From assembly GCA_947623755.1 (NCBI GenBank), contig CANQHB010000001.1, forward strand, positions 1-33,404: a stretch of 33,404 nucleotides of DNA, read 5' to 3'. Shown piece by piece: positions 1 through 8,000 of the stretch. The stretch is from an uncultured Bacilli bacterium. GTDB lineage: Bacteria > Bacillota_I > Bacilli_A > RF39 > UBA660. How positions within the stretch are numbered: the first letter of the stretch is position 1; every line of letters starts with the position of its first letter. The notes under the pieces were generated by a model. It was given only the letters and a program-made list of their open reading frames with translations. It was not told the origin of the DNA and did no database searches. The position numbers and the translations under genes were made by a program.

Positions 1-250
1 AAAACTCTGGCGTATTTTTTAAAGTGTTATACAAGTTTTTCTACTCCTTTCTTTTTTGTATAACAAATTAAAGCCAACTATATTGTACCATAAAAATACA
101 ATATAACGCCATCATTCTACTCATTATTAATCACACTTTTTATATAGTTAGTTACCAATTCTATTATATTAGGAGAATCTTTTTTAAAAGTTTCTGTTAT
201 TTTAAACATAAGTCACCTCATTTAATTTTATGACTTTGTTATTCAATTAT

Positions 251-806
251 TTATTCATCTCCTGTTCTAAAACAACTTAACAAACTCTCAAAGTACTTTT
301 GTTCATCTTCACTCATTGGTTCAGACTCGATCCTTTTACCATTCCATAATTCTACACCATCAACATCTTTTGAAATAATAGGCCCTATATTATTTCTTTT
401 AATATTATTTTTATTATTATATTACTTCAAATTATCTTGATTACCAGTATTAAGATTATTTTTAATACCTGATATCTGATTCTTTAATACTTCTGATAAC
501 ATAATAACTCTTTTAGAATTATTCTTTGCTTTCTTATCGTATTTTAAAACAATATAACTATACTTCGATAAACTACTTATACTTTTAGATATTGTTTGCT
601 TACTAACACCAAATAAATTTTTAAAATATTCATTAGTAGCCCAACAATAACCTTCTTTCTTGCTTAATGACATTATTTCAATTAATAAAAATCTTTCTAA
701 AAATGTTAATCTATTATCTTCTAATAAACTAGTTGGTATAACTAAATTAATAAAATTTTCTATATCTATTCTCTCTTTTTGATATAAGATTATCTGAGTA
801 AGTGTT
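251..806 (-). pseudogene. Decayed helix-turn-helix (phage/plasmid replication-organiser-like) gene; ORF-track piece 422..673 is its central fragment
   Basis: The 83-aa ORF has an HTH-like segment (YCWATNEYFKNLFGVSKQTISKSISSL). The same frame stays open upstream to ~806 (IDIENFINLVIPTSLLEDNRLTFLERFLLIEI then MSLSKK) without any ATG/GTG/TTG. It resumes after the single TAA at 422-424 for 56 more codons (GPIISKDVDGVELWNGKRIESEPMSEDEQKYFESLLSCFRTGDE, stop at 251-253). Confidence 0.4.
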
Positions 807-1002
807 CTATTTTTTCTCCTTTCTTAACTAGCCTTTCTAGAACATGAAAAAAGAACTAGACATATCAATCCAAAACAAAAACAAGGGAATATTATCCAAT
901 CTTGTTTGTTGGAATCAATATGTACAGTTCTACATGAACTTTAAATTATATGTTTTATTAACCACATTCCCAAGTGACTAAACAAGTATAACAATTATTA
1001 TA

Positions 1003-2031
1003 TTAAATTGCTATACTATAATTTAGATTTTTAATATAATTTTCCATAAATTCATAATCTGGAACACCATTTAGTGATGGTAATAAAACCTTTTGAGATT
1101 TTGAATATTTGGTCATTCTATATTGTCTTCCAAATGAATATCTAAAGTTTTCCATATTAATTACTGTAGAAATAAACATTCCAACATAATCACTAATTTC
1201 AATTTTAGAATGTAAAGTTACTATATTATCGTCACAATAAAACTGTTCACTATGATAAAAAGAATTACCAAACATATCTATAGTTATGCAATGATCAAAT
1301 AATTTCATATTATTATTTTCAGCAATATAAGATGCAATTCCTTGATTATACTTTCCAGCTGTAATCAAAGGAATATCTCCTTCAATCCTATCTAAAGTTT
1401 TTAGTCTTTTGCCATGGTCTATTTCAAAGATTCCATTTTCACCAATTAAATCAAAATATTCCCAACTAGAATTACTTAAATCAATTTTTTTTGAGCTCAC
1501 AGATTTTGAATATTTATCTTCAAATTTTTCTTGATCAATGTTATCCAAAAACCAACAAGCCCTTTCATATCCTTCATTTAAAAAATAATCAGGTATATCA
1601 TCTATTTTTATATTTCTAGTTTTTTCTACCCATTCTGGAAGTTCATTCAAATCTGGTACTAACAATGCATTTAAAGTTTTATTAGCTTGTCTCCCAAATG
1701 AATATTTAAATTGATTGGCTTTTATACATAGACAATAATATTGTAATATATTAATATTCATATCAATTTTAGGTTTTAGATAAAACAAATCTCTACCTGA
1801 ATAATAAGGTTTCTCTTGAATAAATGCCTCTAAAACAGAGCCTCCGCCAGCAACAGAAATGGTATATGCCGGATTTGGAACAATATCTTTAACTGGTAAA
1901 ACATTTGCAGTAATCCCGTTATTTTTTTTACTTCTACCCACATAATTTATACCATTCTCATCTTTTATAAGCTTACTTAAATCCAAATTCACTCCATAAA
2001 CCACTTCGAATAATTCATCTATTCTTTTCAT
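1003..2031 (-). CDS. Restriction-modification specificity subunit (HsdS-like; BcgI-B-like type IIB S subunit)
   Basis: 342 aa with two internally repeated halves. Each half ends in F(K/R)YSFGRQ followed by LLVP/LLPS (FKYSFGRQANKTLNALLVP and FRYSFGRQYRMTKYSKSQKVLLPS), i.e. two target-recognition-domain-like modules. Its ATG overlaps the TGA of the upstream methylase gene (ATGA, 2028-2031), suggesting translational coupling. Confidence 0.7.
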   Translation of the reverse strand: MKRIDELFEVVYGVNLDLSKLIKDENGINYVGRSKKNNGITANVLPVKDIVPNPAYTISVAGGGSVLEAFIQEKPYYSGRDLFYLKPKIDMNINILQYYCLCIKANQFKYSFGRQANKTLNALLVPDLNELPEWVEKTRNIKIDDIPDYFLNEGYERACWFLDNIDQEKFEDKYSKSVSSKKIDLSNSSWEYFDLIGENGIFEIDHGKRLKTLDRIEGDIPLITAGKYNQGIASYIAENNNMKLFDHCITIDMFGNSFYHSEQFYCDDNIVTLHSKIEISDYVGMFISTVINMENFRYSFGRQYRMTKYSKSQKVLLPSLNGVPDYEFMENYIKNLNYSIAI

Positions 2032-4145
2032 TCTTCATCACCTAAGTCATTTTCCTGCATATATTTAAACAATGCATATTTCTTTAATTGGTTTTCAAAC
2101 TCTGTTTCAGTTAACAAACTATAATCAGTCTCAACATATGCTTCAGCTAACCATTCATCATTTTTGTTTAACTCTTTTCGTAAATATACAGTATTATCAA
2201 TTTTAGCAATTCCCTTTAGCTGTCTTAACCACTCATCTTTTGTAGACATCCATGCATTATCCTTATCATATCTTCCTACATGAGGGATTGTTACTAACCC
2301 ATCATCTTGCCATCTCGCAAGAAAAACTATTTTACTGGAATCATTATGTTTAATATGAGCTCTAAACACCATTATACAAGTTGAGGTTCCTACTTTACTT
2401 TCTTGAAAAAGCTTTTTAGGCATAGTCATTGTAGCTAACAAAGTATGTTTACTCATTATTGCTTCACGCATTTTTTTATCATCTTTACTACTTGCACAGC
2501 TCATAGGAACTATTGCAATTCCAATTCCGCCAGGTTTCAAATATTCTAACATTGAATAGACAAAATCTAATTCGCTTTGACCAGTTTGTTTATTTTTTCC
2601 TTTTGTTTTCTTTGTTTTAGAATTTAAAAGCGAATATGGTGGATTAATCATTCCAACAGATGGTCTATTATCCATATTTAATATTTCATCCTGTAAAGTT
2701 TTTTTGGGATTTTCTGATATAATAGCCTTGTCTTTTAATAGCGAAGAACAAGCATATAAATTTGACTTACCGTCTCCATGAAATCGCATATTAGCGTAAG
2801 CCAAAGCAAACATTTCAGGTTCTCTTTCCACACCAATTAAACATTGTTTTCTTACTATTTTTTTCTTAATATTCTTTTCTTCCTCAGATATTGCTAAGGA
2901 TTCAATATTATGATCCATCTTATTTAAAGCGCTAATCAAAAATCCGCCAGTACCAGTACATATATCTATTATCTTTGTTTGCTCATTTAATTTTTTATCA
3001 AGAAAACATTCTGCAATATCGCAAAATAATTCAGTAATGTGTTTTGGCGTTAATACAACCCCTTTATCTTTAGCATCACCCTTTGCATATTTTAAAAATG
3101 CAGTATAAAATGTTCCCATTATGTCCACTCTAGGATGATTTTCCATTTTTAAAACAATATTTTGATAAATGGAGTAAGCACTTCTAGATAAAATATTTTC
3201 TCCAAAATTAAAATATTTACTTTCACCTTCAGGAGATTCCAAAAGGTTTGTTAATAATAAACTATTATAATATTCTTCTAAAGATTTAATCTTAATTTCT
3301 GGAAGGCAATCTTTTTCTTTCCAAATTTCTCTCAATGCCTCCCATAATCTATTTATTGATTTTTTTCCTAATTCTTCTGTATATGGCTTTTTAATTCTAG
3401 AGTTTGGCATTGCTCTTTCAACAGCCTTATAAAAATCCGAGTCTTTATTTGTCAATGCTAATACAATAGCAGACAAAAAACCTGCTCTATCCTTAGCCGA
3501 AATATGATTTGCTCTTAAAAAATTGTTACACTGTTTTGCATATACTTTTAAATCATTCTCAATTTGCTCACGCTCTTCCTTAAATTTTCCTAAATGCTCA
3601 TCAATTAATAATCTATAATCAGTTGGTTTCATAATAGTATCATTAAATTCACCATTTTCTAAAAGGTATAAACTCTCTAATCCTTTTCCTTTTGGCAAGA
3701 AGAAAGTAGTACACCTATAGTTATCCTCGCTAATTCCTGAAACTGCAACGGCTACAACATCATAAGCATAATTAACAAATGTTGCATAATGAATAGCACC
3801 ATTTATTGCATAATCCGAAATTTCTTTTGAATTGCCAAGACCAGTTTTGTAATCATCCAAATTATCATAAGTTTGGTGTCTATTAACATCTGGCTTACAC
3901 TCAATTACAACAATTAAATCTTTTTTAGTGTCTTTTGCGGTATAGTCTGGTGAACCAGCATTTCCAGTTAATTTTTTGCTAGCATTCATAAAAGCTTCAG
4001 CCAACTCTCGATCAGCATTTATTCCACTTTTATATGAATCTTCTTTATAATAAATCAAACCGTCTTCTATTTCATCTTGATTTGTAGGATAGCCTACTTC
4101 CAACAATCTTTTTTTCACTAAACCTTTTGTTAATTCTTCTGACAT
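2028..4145 (-). CDS. Fused restriction endonuclease / N6-adenine DNA methyltransferase (BcgI-A-like type IIB subunit)
   Basis: 705 aa. The N-terminal HsdR_N/PD-(D/E)xK-like motif is GSPDYTAKDTKKDLIVVIECK. SAM-binding motif I is IIDICTGTGGFLISA, and catalytic motif IV is MINPPYSL (gamma-class order). VVLTPKHITELF is typical of N6_Mtase. The size and the separate S subunit fit type IIB. Confidence 0.75.
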   Translation of the reverse strand: MSEELTKGLVKKRLLEVGYPTNQDEIEDGLIYYKEDSYKSGINADRELAEAFMNASKKLTGNAGSPDYTAKDTKKDLIVVIECKPDVNRHQTYDNLDDYKTGLGNSKEISDYAINGAIHYATFVNYAYDVVAVAVSGISEDNYRCTTFFLPKGKGLESLYLLENGEFNDTIMKPTDYRLLIDEHLGKFKEEREQIENDLKVYAKQCNNFLRANHISAKDRAGFLSAIVLALTNKDSDFYKAVERAMPNSRIKKPYTEELGKKSINRLWEALREIWKEKDCLPEIKIKSLEEYYNSLLLTNLLESPEGESKYFNFGENILSRSAYSIYQNIVLKMENHPRVDIMGTFYTAFLKYAKGDAKDKGVVLTPKHITELFCDIAECFLDKKLNEQTKIIDICTGTGGFLISALNKMDHNIESLAISEEEKNIKKKIVRKQCLIGVEREPEMFALAYANMRFHGDGKSNLYACSSLLKDKAIISENPKKTLQDEILNMDNRPSVGMINPPYSLLNSKTKKTKGKNKQTGQSELDFVYSMLEYLKPGGIGIAIVPMSCASSKDDKKMREAIMSKHTLLATMTMPKKLFQESKVGTSTCIMVFRAHIKHNDSSKIVFLARWQDDGLVTIPHVGRYDKDNAWMSTKDEWLRQLKGIAKIDNTVYLRKELNKNDEWLAEAYVETDYSLLTETEFENQLKKYALFKYMQENDLGDEE

Positions 4146-4480
4146 TTTATTTTACCTCCAATTGTTCCAAAATAATCATTTCTATTTCTAATTTTTTCTA
4201 TATTTCCATTACTTTTTAAATACAAAACTACATCTAACGGCAATTCATCTCTTTCTTTTGCAGCAATATCGAATAATTTAATCATTTCATCTTGTTTTAA
4301 TTGTAAATATTCTGAGATTTTAATTTGAGTTTCTGATGGTGGCGGATTAACTTTACCACTAATAATATCATAAAAGTATGGTTTGGCTATTTTCAAATCT
4401 TGATAAAACTGACTTTGACTAATTTTTTTACTTTTTATTAACTCGGTTAAAATTTGCCCATATTCACTTTTTTTTACCAA
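4130..4480 (-). CDS. XRE-type helix-turn-helix protein, probable controller (C) protein of the R-M operon
   Basis: HTH segment KISQSQFYQDLKIAKPYFYDIISGK. The likely start is TTG at 4480, preceded by GGAGGTG (4486-4492 rc) with a 5-nt spacer. The ORF-track ATG at 4522 has no RBS and would place a 14-bp palindrome inside the gene. The 3' end overlaps the methylase start by 16 nt. Confidence 0.65.
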   Translation of the reverse strand: MVKKSEYGQILTELIKSKKISQSQFYQDLKIAKPYFYDIISGKVNPPPSETQIKISEYLQLKQDEMIKLFDIAAKERDELPLDVVLYLKSNGNIEKIRNRNDYFGTIGGKIKCQKN

Positions 4481-4502
4481 TAATCCCACCTCCAAATAGT
4501 AT

Positions 4503-4516
4503 GTATGTATACATAC
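4503..4516 (-). promoter_or_regulatory. Perfect 14-bp palindrome GTATGTATACATAC (candidate C-box/operator) just upstream of the controller RBS
   Basis: Read directly and self-complementary. It is flanked by a direct ACATACT repeat. It follows a possible promoter on the minus strand (TTGATT-17-TAGTAT). Confidence 0.4.
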
Positions 4517-4586
4517 TAACATACTTTATTAAATAAATCAATAAATTGAAAATAATTCACAAAAAAACAACACAATTTTGGTGTCG

Positions 4587-5405
4587 TTATAAAATGCATA
4601 ATTTTTCTGATTTCAAATTATTATTTTTACCTAATAACAAACTTTCATAAAACTTAATTAAATATTTATTATCTTCTTTTATATCGAATTTATTGTTAAT
4701 ATAGTTACTTCTAACTAATGCATTTCTAAAATATTTAGAATTATCTTTAAACAAAGAATAATTTATATTATAACCTAGTTCTTTTAAATACTTAATCATA
4801 AATATTGCCGTTGTCCGAGTATTGCCTTCCATAAATGGATGAACTTGCCAAATACAAGAAGTAAAATTAGATATACTTATTATTTTATCTGATGCACTTA
4901 ATTTATTATAATCTTCTTGTCTTTCAACTGAAAAATCATAAATAAGATAATCTCTAATTCTATTATAATCGCAATATACTACTGTATCACCACTTAATAT
5001 TTCTTCGTCTTTTGAAATATTAACTTCTCTAAATTTACCAGCAAACTTATAGACATCTTTAAATGAAAAGTAATGAACATATTCATAAAAATCCATCGTT
5101 AAATAAAACATATCATTTTGTAATATTTGCATAATTCTTAATGATACAAAATCACATTCATACTCGTCTCTATTATAGCTATCATTTAGATCATCATAAT
5201 ATTTCTTTAGTTTATTTTCCAACTCATCAAGCGATATTTCATTCTTAATATTTAATTTTACTAAATTTTTCATAGTTTCAGAAGATGCTAAATTATCGAC
5301 TTGTTGTAAGCCTATTGCCATTTCCCATTTTGATTTTAAATCAGATTTGTCATTCTTTATTTCTATATATTCATTGACACTTGAGTCTAAACTTTCTTCA
5401 TTCAT
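4587..5405 (-). CDS. Fic/DOC family protein (putative AMPylase-type effector)
   Basis: Fic active-site loop HPFMEGNTRTTAIF (canonical HPFx[D/E]GN[G/K]R, here GNTR). The N-terminal segment WEMAIGLQQVDNLASS resembles VbhA-like inhibitory helices fused to Fic. The likely start is ATG at 5405 (MNEESLD) behind AGAAGGTGA; the ORF-track start at 5429 lacks an RBS. Confidence 0.75.
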   Translation of the reverse strand: MNEESLDSSVNEYIEIKNDKSDLKSKWEMAIGLQQVDNLASSETMKNLVKLNIKNEISLDELENKLKKYYDDLNDSYNRDEYECDFVSLRIMQILQNDMFYLTMDFYEYVHYFSFKDVYKFAGKFREVNISKDEEILSGDTVVYCDYNRIRDYLIYDFSVERQEDYNKLSASDKIISISNFTSCIWQVHPFMEGNTRTTAIFMIKYLKELGYNINYSLFKDNSKYFRNALVRSNYINNKFDIKEDNKYLIKFYESLLLGKNNNLKSEKLCIL

Positions 5406-5481
5406 CACTTCACCTTCTTTACATAGCAAGTATTGAAAAACTCCTCCAACAAGCCCTTTTTCACGTATTATAGGAGTAATC

Positions 5482-6339
5482 TCAATCCATATACTGTTCT
5501 AATTCTAAATTTAATTCTTTTATAAAATCATTTAACAAAAGCATTATTTGATCTACTTTTAGATTATTTGCATAACTATTCTTCTTCGAATAAGATTTCC
5601 AATTCGTTTTTATTCTATCACTATCCATAATTGATTTAATAATTTCACGATAATCATTTAAGTATTCAAAAGAATCTCTTTTAGTAAAAGTATTATTAAT
5701 TGCATCTTTTATTACATTTATATTAATTTCATTTCTTAACTTTGTTAAAAAGAAATATACATCATAAAAATCTTTCATTCTACTATTATACTTTCCACGT
5801 CTTAAAACAGTTTCTACTTTTTCAGCTAGTATAGTTTCAATATTATAACTATTAATTAAAATGCTTCTATCTTCAAATAATAAAGGATATTTAAATTTCA
5901 ATTCTTTTGGTGTTACTTTGTCACCAGTTGATATATCAATTTCTAAATTCACTTTAGTACTATTTACTCTACCAGTAATATAATATTTATTTCCACCATA
6001 TTCTTCTTCTTCTCTTATATCAGTAATGTTTACAATATCGAATTTAACTCTATCGTTTAAATCAATAGATAATATCTCATTTAAAACACTAACCATTTTA
6101 TCCTTTGAAATTTCTATCCCGTTAATTGTAGTATCCATATCTTTTGTTGTTCTATTTTCTATACCAAACATTGCGGTAAGCAACAATCCACCCTTTAATA
6201 TAAAGTTATCTTGATATTTTGAAACAGATATTCTTTCTAATATTCTTTCAAACATAAATCTTTGTAACGATTCATAGTAATTTAAATTATACTTCTCTTC
6301 AAGTTCTCTTGCTTTTAATTTAATTTTTTCTACTACCAT
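5482..6339 (-). CDS. abiEii: AbiEii/AbiGii-family nucleotidyltransferase toxin (type IV TA / abortive infection)
   Basis: 285 aa. The N-terminal pol-beta-like NTase signature is FILKGGLLLTAMFGIENRTTKDMDT. It overlaps the upstream AbiEi gene by 7 nt. Confidence 0.8.
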   Translation of the reverse strand: MVVEKIKLKARELEEKYNLNYYESLQRFMFERILERISVSKYQDNFILKGGLLLTAMFGIENRTTKDMDTTINGIEISKDKMVSVLNEILSIDLNDRVKFDIVNITDIREEEEYGGNKYYITGRVNSTKVNLEIDISTGDKVTPKELKFKYPLLFEDRSILINSYNIETILAEKVETVLRRGKYNSRMKDFYDVYFFLTKLRNEININVIKDAINNTFTKRDSFEYLNDYREIIKSIMDSDRIKTNWKSYSKKNSYANNLKVDQIMLLLNDFIKELNLELEQYMD

Positions 6340-6920
6340 TTCATCATTACCTCCACAATTGTATTAACTTTTTCATATATATTAAATATTTCAGCATATT
6401 CTAATAATTTATCAATATTTTTATCTTTGCTATGAAAATAATAATCTAAAACTCTATTTTGAAGTTCTAAATCAAATTCTCCTTCAGCCCTTAACATGTC
6501 ACAAATACATCTCTCAGCATTATATATTTTTACTGGATTTCCACTTGGACTTGGTGTTTCGATTATTCCAATATCATAAAACTTCTCTGAAACTCTATGA
6601 ATATTATAATTTCCTCTTACTTTTTTATCCCTAGGTACAGTTATATCTATTTTCATTGGAGTTCTATTTGTTAAATTAAGAATATGTAGTGCAGTATTAT
6701 AAGAAAATATTGCTAGTGGATATTTTTTTTGTAAAATAAAATATTCATCTTTTAATATCTTATTATCCATATATAAACCATAGCTTACCCTTTCAATTAA
6801 TCCTTCATCTAAAAATTTTTGAATCAAAGGTTTACTTATACCCAATGTTAAAAATTCTGCAGTAGTAATATAACCATGATTACCATTTAAAAATTCAATT
6901 ACTTTTTCTTTATTACTCAT
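6333..6920 (-). CDS. abiEi: AbiEi-family antitoxin / transcriptional autoregulator
   Basis: 195 aa. The N-terminal winged-HTH (AbiEi_4-like) is GYITTAEFLTLGISKPLIQKFLDEGLIERVSYGLY. It sits immediately upstream of, and overlapping, the AbiEii gene. Confidence 0.8.
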   Translation of the reverse strand: MSNKEKVIEFLNGNHGYITTAEFLTLGISKPLIQKFLDEGLIERVSYGLYMDNKILKDEYFILQKKYPLAIFSYNTALHILNLTNRTPMKIDITVPRDKKVRGNYNIHRVSEKFYDIGIIETPSPSGNPVKIYNAERCICDMLRAEGEFDLELQNRVLDYYFHSKDKNIDKLLEYAEIFNIYEKVNTIVEVMMKW

Positions 6921-6931
6921 ATTTTCACCAC

Positions 6932-6977
6932 TTTACTCTTGTACCCACATTATAACATTTTGTGGAACGAGAGTAAA
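6932..6977 (-). promoter_or_regulatory. Nested inverted repeat over the abiEi -10 region (candidate AbiEi operator)
   Basis: TTTACTCT (6932-6939) pairs with AGAGTAAA (6970-6977). These enclose CCACA (6945-6949) and TGTGG (6961-6965). The minus-strand TGtTATAAT extended -10 lies at 6949-6957. Confidence 0.35.
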
Positions 6978-7215
6978 TAGCAATACATTAATTTGTCAAA
7001 AAAATATTTTTTTAAGGGTTTGGGAATTTTCCCACAATAGAAAACTTGGCGAGGAGTAAGTTTTCAGTGCTGGCTAGGACAATTAATTTAACATTGTTGG
7101 AATTATACTTTTTAAAGTCATTAAATTTTTTCTAAAAAACACATCAAAAAAACTTTATTTAATCGTTAAAATTTAAACAAAGTATTTTAAATTCCATACA
7201 AATTTTTACTTAAAA

Positions 7216-7574
7216 TCATTCTAAATTAGTATGAATATATTCTCTAAAAACTATTTCTTCAGCACGATTTTTTATATTATTCATAAATCCTATCCATAAC
7301 ATTTGATTATCATTTTTAAGTTTTTCATTAACATTTTCTTTTTCATCCAGCAAAAAATTAGCTCATTTGTCTTATCATTTACTAATTTTTCAACATCATA
7401 TAGATAACTATTTAGTTGTTCTTTCATTAATAATACCGTATATAATCCTCTATTATGTTCTTTTAAGTACATTAGTTTTAACAATCCATACTTACCAATA
7501 TTGTATTGTTTTCCTTTTTTTAATTTTAAATCCGACATTAAATAATCACCAACTTTAGTGTAACTAACATTCAT
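7216..7574 (-). pseudogene. tnpV: TnpV-family (transposon-associated) gene, frameshifted
   Basis: The N-terminal frame (YTKVGDYLMSDLKL..IGKYGLLKLMYLKEHNRGLYTVLLMKEQLNSYLYDVEK) is TnpV-like. After ELIF the homologous reading continues in the -1 frame (LLDEKENVNEKLKNDNQMLWIGFMNNIKNRAEEIVFREYIHTNLE, stop at 7216-7218). The shift lies at the A6 run 7352-7357 on the plus strand. Confidence 0.6.
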
Positions 7575-7617
7575 AACTTTTTTCCATTTTTTTACTATTT
7601 TTATTTGGCTTTAATTG

Positions 7618-7929
7618 TTATACTTTAGTTACACAATGACTATCTCCTCCTCCGGCATTTATGTGATTAGATACCAATATAACATCATTCCCACTTCCAA
7701 ACAAACTTTGAGCTTTCTTTGGTCTATTATTAGAATCTAAAGTAACATCACTATCTCTAGTTAATGCACTTTCAATACCTAATTGATCCAACCTATCTTT
7801 CATATACTTACTAATCATTAAAGTATAATCTTTTTCTAATATTCCATTTGCACTAGTACCGCCATCAACTCCCCCATGACCAGCGTCAATTACCACTTTT
7901 TTACTTGCTCTATCATCCATGTTTATCAC
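7618..7929 (-). pseudogene. N-acetylmuramoyl-L-alanine amidase (Amidase_3, CwlD-like), 3'-truncated
   Basis: VVIDAGHGGVDGGT and VSNHINAGGG are the first two conserved Amidase_3 blocks. The ORF then runs into unrelated residues (DSHCVTKV) and stops at 103 aa, about half of a normal catalytic domain. Confidence 0.6.
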
Positions 7930-8000
7930 CTAATATAAAATATGAAAAAACAAGCATTAGGTGAATTATCCACTAAAATTTCATCTAGCAATAAAATTTT

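Noticed and set aside
4481-4522. Longer ATG-initiated versions of several genes as given in the ORF track: 4522 for the HTH controller, 5429 for Fic, 14714 for ComK-like, 18285 for gyrA, 21424 for tadA and 27116 for pth.
   Set aside because: In each case a good Shine-Dalgarno sequence lies inside the extension, 3-9 nt before an internal start. In addition, the tadA extension overlaps the SRP RNA, and the HTH extension overlaps a 14-bp palindrome.
7018-7090. Palindrome GGGAATTTTCCC (7021-7032) and a locally GC-richer stretch (7036-7090) between abiEi and the tnpV remnant. The minus-strand frame reads ..VLASTENLLLAKFSIVGKFPNP*.
   Set aside because: There is no start codon, RBS, T-run or recognisable family. 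It may be a relic of a lost gene, but the sequence alone gives nothing to support a call.
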